From positions 160,001-224,000 of the forward strand of contig JAWAFD010000002.1 of assembly GCA_038890745.1 (NCBI GenBank): a stretch of 64,000 nucleotides of DNA, read 5' to 3'. Numbering within the stretch: position 1 is the stretch's first letter; every line of letters starts with the position of its first letter. This stretch comes from Candidatus Anstonellales archaeon. GTDB lineage: Archaea; Micrarchaeota; Micrarchaeia; Anstonellales; J096. Below the pieces are notes generated by a model. That model worked only from the letters and a program-made list of their open reading frames with translations, was not told where the DNA came from and did no database searches. Position numbers and translations under genes: made by a program. Shown piece by piece: positions 28,104 through 40,900 of the stretch.

Positions 28104-30923
28104 ATGCGGGTGGGCATGAGAATAGAATTCATCGTCCTGTCTTTACTTGTTCTTTTAGCCAGTACGTATGCTATCTCAGACTGTCAACAAATAACCGGAG
28201 AAAACCTTTCTCTTACTCTGGATAACAACATAGACGCACAGGGGAATGATTGTTTTTACATACAAGGAATAAACATAACCCTGGATTGCAGAAACTACCT
28301 TATTTATAACGCTTCCACTGCAATTTTAGTAAACAACTCCCACATGATAAATATATCCAGGTGTAAAATAGAAAATTCAACAAATGGTATCATTCTTCAA
28401 GTCCAGACCCCAACAGGCTATCCCGAATACCAAGATCAGTTAGTAAGAAGAAATACTTCGGCCATTCTAACCAGCATTACAATAAACAATGTAACAAATG
28501 GAATTCTCATGAACAGAACCCATCAGAATACGATAAGGTTCGCAAACATAAGAAATTCCCAGAATGCCATTTCCTTATTCTATTCTTATGCAAACATTAT
28601 AGAAAATTCAACAATTCAAAACAACCAGCTTGGTATTTTCATATATGATGCTGCCGCCAACGGCTCGCAGGCAAACGCAACCCCAATACTCGCAAAAGCA
28701 AAAGGTAAAGGAGTTAAAAGCGTGGACCCAGAGCCAGTAAACGACACTACTGTAATCCGAGGAAAGTACGGAAGCATAGTAAGGCACTGTACTTTTCAGA
28801 ACAATTCTATAGGAATAGTTTTGAATCAAACAGCAAACAATTCATTCTACAACAATCTATTCAACAACACCCAAAATGTTCTTTCAGATTCGTCTTCCAG
28901 CAATTTTGTTAATTACTGGAACTCTTCCTATGACTGCTCTCAAAGAAGCATAATAAACGGAATGTGCAGAGGAGGGAACTATTGGAATGATTATTATGGG
29001 TATGATGATGGAACTGGTTCTCCTCCTCATGATGTTTATTTTGATGATATTGGCGATACCCTTCTTCCATACATTCCAAACGGAGAAATTTCTGGGGATG
29101 AGCTTCCACTAACAAAAAACCTCCCACCAGATTGGGTTGCGTATTGTAGACAGATTACCCAGCCAGGAACATATACACAAAAAAGAAACATCTATGGTGT
29201 TATCTCATCCTCAAACAAGAAGTGCATAGAGGTTTTGGCTGACAACGTTACCCTCAACTGCGCCGGCTTCAACATCACAGATAACACGACCTATACAGAT
29301 AGTTATGGAATTTACATTTCAAACTACAACAATTTAACAGTTGCAAACTGTACTGTCCTTAATTACACAACCGGCTATTATGACAGAAATTCTTTCTATG
29401 GTGCCCTTTACAGAAATAACTTCTCAAACGACAGATACAATCTTTATTTTGATGTGGACACCTCGCCCTACCCAAACCAAACAGAACCATTCCTTAAAAC
29501 GATCACAACAGACAACTATGTTTATGGAAGAAAAGTATATTACTTCATCAACGGCCGAACTCCTGATGGCTACACTTGGCCTCCTCCTTATGATGCAGGA
29601 TTTGTTGCACTGGTTAATGGCCAGAATATTGTTGCAACCGGCTACGATCTATACAACAACAGTCCAGAGATGATTTTTGTAAATATCTCCAACCTTGAAA
29701 TAAAAGAGAACAAAATATGGAAATCCGGCGTTGGTGCATACGTTCTTTTCAGCGAGAATGTTTATGTAAAAAACAACAATTTCACAAACAACAGCCTATA
29801 CGAGATTTTCATTACCTACTCAAATTACACAAACATAACCAAAAACCTTTTCTACAACACTTCAGGATATTCAATACTACTTTACAGATGCGACAATAAC
29901 GATATTTTCCTAAACAATGGAACAAACTCAGGGTATCTAATTTCAGTTGCGTATGCAAACAACAGTTTAGCTCACGATAATTATGCAAACTATACGTCAG
30001 GCGGAATATGGTTCTCATATTCTACGTACAACAAAATATATTCAAATGAGCTCTGGCTTGTGTGCGGAGGGCAGGCAGTAATAGGAAGCTCAAACGTTAA
30101 TTACACTTTTGTCTTTTCTAATACCGGAAGCAGCCGATGCACATCCACACATCAATTTATATATATAGTTGGCACCAACCCGTCCCCTTCATGGGCGTAC
30201 TACGGTGAGGTATATAACAATACAATCAAAAGATATCCCGGCGGAGTTACGTGGAATTCTGGGATTCATATAAACCGGGCGGGGTATTTAGTTGTCCATG
30301 ATAATTACATTGAGGATGTACGGTATAGTGGTAATAGCGTTGGCATTCAGTTTCCATACGGAGCCGGTCATATTACTTATAACAACACAGTGATAAATGC
30401 CAGCAAATGTATGAGGGCGTTCATCTCAAATTCCGAAACATCAAACAATACGTTCCGATACTGCGATATTGGTATAACGCTTGAATTTGCTACAGGCAAT
30501 AGAATATACAATAACATGATACTGGATAGCATTACATATGGTTATGATGATTATATCAATGGCAATTGGTGGAGCCTTGGTCATATAAACTGCTCCCGTG
30601 GGCCGAATATAATCGGTGGTCCATGTTGGGGAGGAAACTTTTATGGAAACTATTCCGGATGCGATTCTAATGGCGATGGGATAGGAGAGACGTCCTATCC
30701 AATAAATGGTAGTGCTTATGCCGTAGACCCATACCCTCTTACAAACACCCCATGCAAATCTCAACCTCCACCCATTAAAGAACCAACCGAAATCAAACCC
30801 ATTCAACCATCCCCAAAGCCTCTTCCCGCTCCGTCTGAGAAGAAAGACAGAAAACAGAACTCAACCTCTATTTCTGTAAATTCTACTGAAATTTCTTTAC
30901 CAAGTTCCATCCCCATACACTAA
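28104..30923 (+). CDS. Secreted parallel beta-helix (NosD/CASH) protein
   Basis: Signal peptide; Asn-rich beta-helix repeats; GGNYWNDY and DGIGE..YPI module ends; Pro-rich tail; exact start uncertain. Confidence 0.85.
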   Translation: MRVGMRIEFIVLSLLVLLASTYAISDCQQITGENLSLTLDNNIDAQGNDCFYIQGINITLDCRNYLIYNASTAILVNNSHMINISRCKIENSTNGIILQVQTPTGYPEYQDQLVRRNTSAILTSITINNVTNGILMNRTHQNTIRFANIRNSQNAISLFYSYANIIENSTIQNNQLGIFIYDAAANGSQANATPILAKAKGKGVKSVDPEPVNDTTVIRGKYGSIVRHCTFQNNSIGIVLNQTANNSFYNNLFNNTQNVLSDSSSSNFVNYWNSSYDCSQRSIINGMCRGGNYWNDYYGYDDGTGSPPHDVYFDDIGDTLLPYIPNGEISGDELPLTKNLPPDWVAYCRQITQPGTYTQKRNIYGVISSSNKKCIEVLADNVTLNCAGFNITDNTTYTDSYGIYISNYNNLTVANCTVLNYTTGYYDRNSFYGALYRNNFSNDRYNLYFDVDTSPYPNQTEPFLKTITTDNYVYGRKVYYFINGRTPDGYTWPPPYDAGFVALVNGQNIVATGYDLYNNSPEMIFVNISNLEIKENKIWKSGVGAYVLFSENVYVKNNNFTNNSLYEIFITYSNYTNITKNLFYNTSGYSILLYRCDNNDIFLNNGTNSGYLISVAYANNSLAHDNYANYTSGGIWFSYSTYNKIYSNELWLVCGGQAVIGSSNVNYTFVFSNTGSSRCTSTHQFIYIVGTNPSPSWAYYGEVYNNTIKRYPGGVTWNSGIHINRAGYLVVHDNYIEDVRYSGNSVGIQFPYGAGHITYNNTVINASKCMRAFISNSETSNNTFRYCDIGITLEFATGNRIYNNMILDSITYGYDDYINGNWWSLGHINCSRGPNIIGGPCWGGNFYGNYSGCDSNGDGIGETSYPINGSAYAVDPYPLTNTPCKSQPPPIKEPTEIKPIQPSPKPLPAPSEKKDRKQNSTSISVNSTEISLPSSIPIH

Positions 30924-31017
30924 AATAGTTCATATTTATGTTTTTTTGTATTTTTTCGAGAGAGATTGCGCGAAACCTTTTTAAACTTTATGGTAGACAT
31001 TTCAGCAGGTGAAAAGG

Positions 31018-31722
31018 ATGAATGGAAAATATCTCTTGATAGGCTTTATGGCTCTCTTAGTCCTAGCAGGAATAGTGGCGGCCAGTACACCAATAAACGC
31101 AAGCGTTTCGGCAGGACCGCAGCAAAGATACGCAATACCACATGGTGCAGCAGGTTCTGTTACGACTGAAGGTGGAAACGTAACACAAGTAAACCTTACG
31201 GGTACGAACTCCTCTACAGAAAGATGGGCTGGCTTCTACGGAAACCTTACGGGTTCCAACTTGGTACTCGGTGACAGCTCCGGCAATGCATTCTACGCAT
31301 GGGCAGTTGGTAATCCAAACGAACTTTGGAAGGTCTACGCTTCTACCCAGAATGATGTTAACTGGGCAAACCTTGCTGCTGGTCAATGCGAAGCGGGTAC
31401 GAATGTGTACAATTGGGTGTTCAATGGTGCCTGGGCAGACAACTATACAAATACATTCACACATTCAGGAGCAGACACATTTGCAGATGCTACAATAACT
31501 GCAAACTATACATTGACCTATGAGCATAACGGTGCTGAAACTTGGCCGACATACCATCTCCAGGATGGTACAGGAACTGATGATGATGTGTGGGCAGCAA
31601 AAGTTTTAACCACTGCAACTGCATTCAATGACGCAGCAGGTGTTGTGTACCAGCTCATGGTTCCTGCAAACCCAGCGGATAACACTTACGTGACCTATTA
31701 CTTCTTCCTAGAAATAAACTAA
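31018..31722 (+). CDS. Secreted TEGGNVT-domain protein, candidate major fibre subunit
   Basis: Signal peptide; TTEGGNVTQVNL..STERWAGFYGNL...YQLMVP...YYFFLEIN; own TATA, GGTGA SD and poly-T terminator. Confidence 0.85.
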   Translation: MNGKYLLIGFMALLVLAGIVAASTPINASVSAGPQQRYAIPHGAAGSVTTEGGNVTQVNLTGTNSSTERWAGFYGNLTGSNLVLGDSSGNAFYAWAVGNPNELWKVYASTQNDVNWANLAAGQCEAGTNVYNWVFNGAWADNYTNTFTHSGADTFADATITANYTLTYEHNGAETWPTYHLQDGTGTDDDVWAAKVLTTATAFNDAAGVVYQLMVPANPADNTYVTYYFFLEIN

Positions 31723-31734
31723 TCCGAGAGCCAT

Positions 31735-31763
31735 TCTTCCTCTTTTTTCTTTTTTTCCTTCTT
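31735..31763 (+). terminator. Archaeal oligo-T terminator
   Basis: Pyrimidine run containing T6 and T7 tracts just after the stop codon. Confidence 0.6.
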
Positions 31764-31775
31764 GATGCTGCATTT

Positions 31776-31829
31776 GTCGAAAAAATGAACAAAAATATTT
31801 GAATTCTGTCCAAAATTTCGACAACTTTT
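31776..31829. repeat. 54-bp direct repeat, copy 1 (upstream of ATPase, runs into TATA box)
   Basis: GTCGAAAAAATGAACAAAAATATTTGAATTCTGTCCAAAATTTCGACAACTTTT identical to 33067-33120. Confidence 0.95.
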
Positions 31830-31855
31830 TAAACCTTTCCCCATCCAAATCTCTC

Positions 31856-33067
31856 ATGGAAAACGAACGTATTTTTGAAAAATTATCGCTTGTCTTCACA
31901 ACAAACCTTAGGATGGCAGAAAGTTTAGAGTACAAGAGATTTCTCTACCCTGTTTTAAAAAGCAAGATAGTAAAGAATAAGCTTATTCTACTTTATGGAG
32001 TAAGGGGGACGGGAAAAACAACCCTTATGCTTCAGGTTGCATCTGAACTAATGAAAGAGGGAAAAAGAGTTTTTTATTTTCCTCTTGATCATTGGGTATT
32101 CTCCCTTTCAACTTTTTATGATTTTGTTGAGTTTCTATATAAAAAAGGAATAGAATATATTTTTGTCGATGAGGTGCACAAATACCCGAATTGGGTTCAA
32201 GAGATTAAAAATATATATGATGGGTTGGATGTGAAAATTCTTGCTAGCGGCTCAAACCCCTCTTTAATAATAAAGGGAAAATATGACCTTTCTAGACGGG
32301 TAATAGATCTTCAACTCCCCCCGCTTTCTTACAGGGAGTATATCGAAATGAAAACAGGAAAAAAATACATACCGCTTACGCTTGAAAAAATAGTAAATGA
32401 ATGGGATTCTGTCCAGCGGACGTATCCATATGTTGATATTAGCGAATACATGCAGTACTCTATGCCATTTTTCCTAAGTACTGAAAGAGAGGAGTATGAA
32501 AAGAGTGTGATGAACATAGTTGAGAAAGTTGTCTATGAAGACCTTCTCTCGTATAATTTCAACACTACAACCATTCTTCATGCAAAATCGATCCTTGGGT
32601 ACATAGCTTCCAACCCTGCTGGTGAGGTTAGCATTTCTTCAATAAGTGGAAGAATTGATGGTATGAGCAAGGGTAGTGTTGGTGAAGTTCTGAAAGCATT
32701 TGAAAGTATAGGGCTTATTCATTCTGTTCCTTCTTTGGTGCATGGTAAAGGTTTGCTTAGGCCCAACAAGAAATACTATCTTTCTCCTCCGTTCAGATGG
32801 TTTATATGCAAAATGAGTGGAAGGGATTCAGATATAGGTAGCCTGAGGGAGGATTTTTTTGTTTCTCATCTTTTCAACAGGAAGGTGGAGTATCCTTCTG
32901 AGAAGGGTGAGCCTGATTTTATTGTGGATAGAAAATATGTTTTTGAGATTGGAGGAAAAACAAAGACAAAAAAGCAAATAATTGGAAAAAAGAATGCGTT
33001 TTTGGTAAAGGATGTAATGTTTTCGTATGATTCTATTCCGCTGTTTCTGTTTGGCTACCTTTATTAG
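31856..33067 (+). CDS. AAA+ ATPase (AAA_14/COG1373-like)
   Basis: GVRGTGKTT, FVDEVHKY, SGS, LREDFF, PDF...FEIGGK (PD-(D/E)xK-like tail); start moved to MENERI. Confidence 0.9.
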   Translation: MENERIFEKLSLVFTTNLRMAESLEYKRFLYPVLKSKIVKNKLILLYGVRGTGKTTLMLQVASELMKEGKRVFYFPLDHWVFSLSTFYDFVEFLYKKGIEYIFVDEVHKYPNWVQEIKNIYDGLDVKILASGSNPSLIIKGKYDLSRRVIDLQLPPLSYREYIEMKTGKKYIPLTLEKIVNEWDSVQRTYPYVDISEYMQYSMPFFLSTEREEYEKSVMNIVEKVVYEDLLSYNFNTTTILHAKSILGYIASNPAGEVSISSISGRIDGMSKGSVGEVLKAFESIGLIHSVPSLVHGKGLLRPNKKYYLSPPFRWFICKMSGRDSDIGSLREDFFVSHLFNRKVEYPSEKGEPDFIVDRKYVFEIGGKTKTKKQIIGKKNAFLVKDVMFSYDSIPLFLFGYLY

Positions 33068-33120
33068 TCGAAAAAATGAACAAAAATATTTGAATTCTGT
33101 CCAAAATTTCGACAACTTTT
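33067..33120. repeat. 54-bp direct repeat, copy 2 (begins at last base of ATPase stop codon)
   Basis: Identical to 31776-31829. Confidence 0.95.
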
Positions 33121-33199
33121 GGTATCCCGACCCTGAACGACGAAGAACAAAAGCCAACCTTTTTATACCTATCCTCGCAATTTTCCTTGGGTGTGATGC

Positions 33200-34957
33200 A
33201 TGAATGCGAAAGTGCTATTAGTTATATTAGCGTTGGTTCTGACGCTGGTTAACCCTACGCAATATGTAACCAACTCGAAGGATTGGAGGGATGTCTACCT
33301 GACCCTGCATTTTGCAGACCTTTCCGGAGAACAATCATTTTTTATCCGGAATGAGCTGCACGGAACAAAGGTTCTTCCTTACTTTATAAGCAAAAGCGAA
33401 CCGGTAGTAATAGTTGAATCAGAAACAGAACCATACGTACCAGATTACGAATCCTACCTAAGAACCCTCGGATTTAAAAATGTAACAACATTAAAGACCC
33501 AACACCCATACATTCTTCAGGAACAATTTTTAGAAATGCTAAAAAATAACAGCGTTCCTTTAACAGGTTTTGTTCTTATTGATGATGCTTATGGATATGA
33601 TGCGGTAAGCGTTGCCCAGTATGCTTTCAAATACAAAAAATGGGTTTTGTTCACAACCAAAGAAAACAGGAACAGGATTTCATCTCTTTTGGAAGCAAAC
33701 CCTGGCTATTCCATTCTTTTCTACGGACACATGCGAAGAGAAATCGCAGATACCCTTTCAAAATTTAATGTTGAAAAAATAGACAACCAGAGCAGGTTCA
33801 AAAATAATATGGAGCTTGCGGAAAGGATGGTTAAGACAATAAATAGCCAGCAGATTCTTCTTACAAGCGGCGAGTACATAGAGCACGAGATCATGACCGG
33901 TGGGGATGGGAACGAAGTAATTCTTTTTGTTTCTTCAGACCGCTACCCGGAGGATATAATAAATTTCATACGAAAGCACAACATAAAATATGTTATCGTA
34001 GTTGGAAATGAGCTCATAAACACAGCAAGGGAGGTTAGGGAAGCGATGGGAGGAGAGATTACAGTAATAGCAAAGTATGGAATGGGTTTTGTGGGAGTTG
34101 CAGAACTGCAGGGCCAGATATATGCGTTGGACCTTTTCTACCTACCAAAATATCAGTTTAACCTTACTCCCATATCCGCAGTGTACAATCCTACTGCAAA
34201 AGAGCTTTACATCCGATTCAAAAACAACGGAAATGTAGGGAATTATTTCTACACTTCTGCGCCCATTGTTTTTGAGGATAGAACGATCACAACTGTAATA
34301 GATAAAGAAAACCAATACCTAGAGCCAGGTGATGAGAAGGTAATAGTCTACAGCGTGGATCTAACAGATTATATCAACAAAAAAATGTATGCACACCTTT
34401 ATACTAAATATGGTGAGTCGCCTTATGATATGATGTATTATGTGCTTGAACCGGGAGCGGTGAGACCACCGTATAAACTACCGATTCTTGTTCAAGAATT
34501 TGTTGATAATTCAGAGCTTGAGATAACAGATGGTTGGTACGATGACTTCTCAAAAGAATACATAATTCAAGTAAGCAACGTAGGTCCTGTTGATGCATAC
34601 GCTAGAGGAGAGCTTAGAAATATTATAATAGATGGTATTCCAACAACAAAAATCCAGAACGGCACGACTTTTATAAGAAAAGGAGAGACCTCTTCCATTC
34701 CAATAAAATTAGAGTTAACGGAAGAGGATAAAGAGGTCAATAAGGTTGTCCATACCGTAGTCTACTACGGTGAAAAAGAGGATACTTTGATAAAAAGAGC
34801 AGAGAAGGATATTGAGCTAAAAGGAAATCCATGCATCCCGTCCATATTGTTGATAGTACTGCTGTTGATAGCTCTTATCATCGGCTACTATGTATGGAGA
34901 AAGAGAAAGGGGCATCATAGGGCAAAGGCTCACCACGAACACGCAGAAAGTAAGTAG
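33200..34957 (+). CDS. Membrane-anchored surface protein, cell-wall-binding-repeat-2-like alpha/beta N-terminus
   Basis: Signal peptide; SRFKNN, VIVVGN motifs; Ig-like domains; C-terminal TM plus basic tail; coupled to the giant gene. Confidence 0.75.
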   Translation: MNAKVLLVILALVLTLVNPTQYVTNSKDWRDVYLTLHFADLSGEQSFFIRNELHGTKVLPYFISKSEPVVIVESETEPYVPDYESYLRTLGFKNVTTLKTQHPYILQEQFLEMLKNNSVPLTGFVLIDDAYGYDAVSVAQYAFKYKKWVLFTTKENRNRISSLLEANPGYSILFYGHMRREIADTLSKFNVEKIDNQSRFKNNMELAERMVKTINSQQILLTSGEYIEHEIMTGGDGNEVILFVSSDRYPEDIINFIRKHNIKYVIVVGNELINTAREVREAMGGEITVIAKYGMGFVGVAELQGQIYALDLFYLPKYQFNLTPISAVYNPTAKELYIRFKNNGNVGNYFYTSAPIVFEDRTITTVIDKENQYLEPGDEKVIVYSVDLTDYINKKMYAHLYTKYGESPYDMMYYVLEPGAVRPPYKLPILVQEFVDNSELEITDGWYDDFSKEYIIQVSNVGPVDAYARGELRNIIIDGIPTTKIQNGTTFIRKGETSSIPIKLELTEEDKEVNKVVHTVVYYGEKEDTLIKRAEKDIELKGNPCIPSILLIVLLLIALIIGYYVWRKRKGHHRAKAHHEHAESK

Positions 34958-37900
34958 TGGTGGAGATGAATAAAAAAACAGCTGTTGCTCTGCTTGTTGC
35001 GATTGCGCTAGTGTTTGCTCTAACCAGCGAATACTCTATTTCCATCGACCGCTCAGAGTACTATGTTGGGGAAGCAGTAAACATTACAGTTACTATGCCC
35101 CTGAAGGTTTATGCAGTAAAGCTTTACATAACGCTTCCCTCAAATGAGACTGAGGAAACCCCTGCTATAAGATGCCGTACCGGCCTATGCCTGTACCAGT
35201 ATTTCCCGGATCAACCCGGCCATTATATAGTTGGTTTGTTTGACAGAAACATTTCGGTTGAGTTTGATGTTCTGCGGAATGAGAATGAAACAGCTCCTCC
35301 CCTGATTAACATCACACCCACCCTCCCCAGACTTTCTTACTATGATGAAAGAACAAACCTTACCTTCTTCTACTATCTCATCCCAACAGAGGAGGGATAC
35401 GGAGACCTTATAATAGAAAATATCACTCCCCATCTTCCAGCTCTTGTTCTTAACAATTTCTCTCTAAATTCTTCGCTATTCATCCATGCCTATGAGCTTA
35501 ATATTTCAGAAAACCAAACCATTCTTAAAATAAAAAATTATTCCCAAAACATAAGTGAAAATATTTCTACGGAAGCAACCAACATTACAGAAAATCTTAC
35601 GGAAAACATAACCGAAAATACTAGTGAAGAAATCGCGCTGGAAATAACGGAAACAAAAAACACCACAGAAGAAAACTTTTCTGAAATCATCAACGAAAAC
35701 AACACAGGTTTAAACGAGACAGAAAATATCACTGAAAATTTAACTGAAATAGAAAGCGAGACAGAGATCAGGAATCTTTACAATGTTATTTTTGTGAATC
35801 TTTCCGGCACGAACTTTTCCTATGCAGAATACTACATTCTATTGGAATACGATACTCTTCTTTCCTGCGTCAATTTTACAAATGAAACCTGCGCGCTCTG
35901 GGAAAAAGCAAACTCCACACAAGATGGAATTTTTGCAATTCTAAACTCAACCTCAGATTTCCTCGTTGCCGGTCAGCTTAACATATCCTATCCATTAGAC
36001 ATATCCGAGAATATTTCCTTGAATGTTTCGGAAGAGAATATCTCTGAGATAAACATCACTCCTCTTGAGGACGAGGTATACAAACAGCTTGAGATTGTTT
36101 TCATAGATATGGGTTTTGATTATTATGAGGATTTTTGGACCTATGATTCTGTTGAAGAGGAGGTTCAGGAGCTTTTAATACAGAATGCATTCTTTGTTGT
36201 TTATGATGAAAAAGGAGAGGGAAGGATACCTGAATACATCATCTCTATGGTTGATGAAAAGCATGCGAATGTTGGTATTTTTAAACCCATCCAATCTGTT
36301 CCAGTCATCACATTTTATTCACTCTATTTAGATAAAGAGTTGAAAATGAGCGCCTATGATATAAACGACTCTGCGTTTGTTTTAGATACATATTATCTCT
36401 TTTATCCGTACGGCATAGTTTATGCTGAGAAAAAAGGCGAATATCTCTATTCCTGCGAAGATTTTTCCTATGACTACACATGTAGGACAGGGTTTAAAGA
36501 ACTCAACTATACGCTACAAAAGGGCAAAGCGGTATTTAACATAACAAAGGAACAAAAACTATTTTTATGGACAGAAAAACCACTTACTATTCCTGGTGGG
36601 GAACAAAACGCCACAGAGCTCCTTCCCTCTATCAATATAAACATTTCAGATACTCGTGGAAAACAAAAAAATTATACCTACGAAATTTTAGAATACACTG
36701 GAAGATATGCCTCAGTAACTTTCTATTTCTCACCAGAAGAGCGGATTCATTCTATTACGCTTTACAACCTTTCTCTAAGCGGAGAGCCTTTCATATTGTT
36801 AGATGAATTTAGTAATAGTATTCTCTTGGTTGACCTTTCTAACTCTGATTTTGATTATTCTGTTGTGATTGCAAAGGATTATGGAGGAGACCTGTACAAG
36901 TGTAAAGAGTTTGATAAAAACTACTCCTGCTCAGGTGGATGGGAAAAATGGCCTTATTTTGCATCCGGTGGATACATAGTATTTAAACTCCTTCCTGAAG
37001 ACCCGCTCTTTATTCAAACAATAAATCTATCCACAGTAACTACTCTTAACATAATTGATCCGTTCGGCAATCCTGTAAACGGCTCCTATGAGATTTTGGA
37101 CAATTCAACCGGTCTTGATGTCCAAATAAATTTCAACTCCGGCCAGGTTTTGCAACTAACTATTTATGATATCCCAGATGATGGATATTCTCACACAATA
37201 GTTGTTGGGGATACTTTTGTAAATGATTCAGAAAACAACATGACCAATACTTTTGTAATAGACCTCTCAAACATTTCCTATAATTATTCTAATGTTGTTG
37301 CGAGAAATTCTGGAGGAGATTTATATAAATGTTCCACATTTTCTTCAAACTTCTCCTGCCTTTCTTCCTGGGAGCTCTATCCATACACAAATAATGGAGT
37401 AAATCGTTCGTTTAATTTAACAGAAGGAGATCCGATGTTTGGATATGAAAAAGAAGGAAACATTTCTATTTTTGATATTACTTCATGTACTGCGATTACA
37501 ACTTCGGGCTATCACACTCTTGATAATAACTTAGTAGGGAATACAAGTAATTCGATAGGTGGCTATTATTATTGTATTGCTATAAGGGTTAGTAATGTTG
37601 AGCTTAATTGTCAGAACTACGAGATAAGAGGAAACTCTGCAGGGAGTACTGTCGGCATAATAATATACGACCCTCCCCTTGCTATCAATCCTTTAACAAA
37701 TGTTACAGTAAGGAACTGCAATGTCTTAAACTACTCAAGAAACCTTATGATAGATTCTGCTTTGACAACCGATCATTCTCAAATTACCATCCGAGATTCT
37801 AGGTTTAACCTATCTTCTGGCAATTCAATAAGAGTTGAGGATTGCGATGATTCTAATTTTACGAATTTGGTTGTTGATAGAACAAGCGATGGGGGTATAC

Positions 37901-40900
37901 TATTCCTGACCGATTCTACTAATAATAGAGTAGTAAATTTCACTGGCTACAACTCAGCAAATTTTTTCATCATGGACTACAGCGGTTCAAACAACTTTAC
38001 AAATATAACACTAAGAAACGGTGGATGGGCAGGGATATGGATAAGAGGAGTGGATAATTCAATAGTAGATGGTTTTGATATTCAAAACATAACAGAAAGC
38101 GGCGGAGTGGTATATGGTGGTATTTATGTTTCAAGTGGTGGCGATAATAATATAATAAGAAACGGAAAAATATACGATTTGGTTACCTATGGAATTCAAG
38201 TTAACGGAAGTTATAATAATACTATAACAAATGTTACAATATATAACTCTACTTCAGAAAGTGGAATATTCATTTATGAGGATACCGCAGATAACAACAA
38301 AATATACAATTCAACAATTTATAGGAATGCAGATTATGGAATATATGTAAATGGCGCAGATGACCTCCTTATATATAATACCAATATAGAAAACCATACC
38401 TCAGGATACGAGGTTTATCTTTATGCTCCAAGCAGTCTTGTTTCTGTAAGCAATATTTTAATTCAAAACAGCCGGTTTGTAAACAACAAATCCATAAATA
38501 CGATGGGAATTAATGCAATATATGGCTCCAACATTACAGTTGATAACTCAACCTTTACAGGAATTTATATTGGTGCGTATTTCAACCAATCAAATACAAT
38601 TACTATTAAAAATTCAACATTTTTGAGAAACGGAAAAGCAGGGATATTTTTTGATTCCACAACTAGCTCTTCTGTTTTGGATAACGATATAAACGATACC
38701 TATTGGACTTCTGATGACCCAGGAGGAATTTATCTAGGATTCTGCGATTGGAATTCAGTAAATTTTTACAAATTTGAAGGAGGAATAATTCTCTGCTACT
38801 CAAACTATACCCAAATTTCTTATAATTATTTAAAAGGAAATGGAACATGCACAGACAATTGTATCGCTAACCACAATGGCTGCGAAGCAGGAATTTTTAC
38901 TTACAACTCAAAACTAAACAATATTACTTATAACATTTTCAGAAACTCAGGAGACAATTACGATTCTTTATATTTCTACTCTTACGATACAAACTATTGG
39001 TATAACGATCAAAACGGCACAGACCCATTAACAGGAAACAACAATGTAAATGATGGAATAAAATTAGACAATTCAAGAGGATTTAACATTTCTCACTCTA
39101 ATTTCTCAAATAATCGTGAGTGGGGAATTTTTTTGACAAACTCTAACGATACTTACATCTACAACAATACTGCAAGTTATAATACCAATGTGGGTATTCG
39201 TTTAGCTAGCTCAGCAAACAACACAGTAATCTACAACACAGCATTTAAAAATCAACAAGGATTTAGAGTTGAACAATTAGAAGCTATTAATAATATTTTC
39301 AAAGATAATACAGCATATAGCAACTCTTACTACGGTTTCTACCTTTACTTTAGCTCCAACAACACCCTTTCCAATAACACAGCATATAGCAACTCTTACT
39401 ACGGTTTCTACCTTTACTTCAGCTCCAACAACAACACCCTTTCCAATAACACAGCATATAGCAACTCTTACTACGGTTTCTGCCTTTACTTCAGCTCCAA
39501 CAACAACATCCTCTCCAACAACACTGCATATAATAACAATATTTATGGAATTTATCTTTATCAGAATGCAGACAACAACACAATTGTCAATAACACAATA
39601 TATAACAATTCAATTTATCAACTACTTATTAATGAAACCTATCCTTCTTATGATAACAAAATATACAACAACATCTTCAACGCTTCAGCGGGCCAAGGAG
39701 TAGTCTACGATTCAGGAACAAACTATTGGAACACCTCCTATGACTGCACAGGAACAAACATAATAGGTGGAGACTGCATAGGAGGAAACTTCTACTCTAA
39801 CTACACAGGAGCTGATGATGGTTCAGGCGCAACCTATCCTCATAATATTGCAGGGGATGGAATTGGAGACAATCCAGATGACTACTATATCTATGGAGGA
39901 AGCAACATTGACTACCTTCCATTAACAAATCTTAGAACTGCATGCTTCTATGCTGATACCTCAAACACAGTCTATACTTTAACAAGAAACCTCTATGGAA
40001 ACAAATCAGACAGAATCTGCATTACAATAAATGCCTCAAACATTACTATAGATTGTAATGGCTACAATATTACAGGAACATACCCATACACAGGCTACAC
40101 AATAGGAATAGGAAACTATGACTCAAGAAACAATGTTACAATCAAGAACTGTTACATAACCAACTACACATTTGGGATATACGCAAACTTATCAAACCAA
40201 TACAACATTACAAACAACTCATTAGTAGCAAACGGAAAAGCAGGAATTTTCTTTGATTCAACCGAAAACTCCACAATCTGGGATAATGATATAAACGATA
40301 CCTATTGGACTTCTGATGACCCAGGAGGAGATTACTTCCAATTCTGCAACTGGAGTGCAGGGAATTTCTCAAGATTTGAAGGAGGAATAATTCTCTGCTC
40401 CTCAAACTATACCCAAATTTCTTATAATTATTTAAAAGGAAATGGAACATGCGGTGGTGGCGGACCTGGCTGTGGGTCTAACCACAATGGCTGCGAAGCA
40501 GGAATTTTTACTTACAACTCAAAACTCAACAATGTCACCCACAACACATTCAGAAACTCAGGAGACAATTACGATTCTTTATATTTCTACTCTTACGATA
40601 CAAACTATTGGTATAACGATCAAAATGGCACAGACCCATTAACAGGAAACAAAAATGTAAATGATGGAATAAAATTAGACCATTCAAGAGGATTTAACAT
40701 TTCTCACTCTAATTTCTCAAATAACTATGAGTGGGGAATATTCTTTACATGGTCAAATGACTCCTACATATACAACAATACTGCAAGATATTGTGTAGGC
40801 TCAGGTGGAGTTGGTATTCGTTTAGCTCGCTCAGCAAACAACACAGTAATCTACAACACAGCATTTAAAAATCAAGAGGGGTTTAGAGTTGACTACTCAG

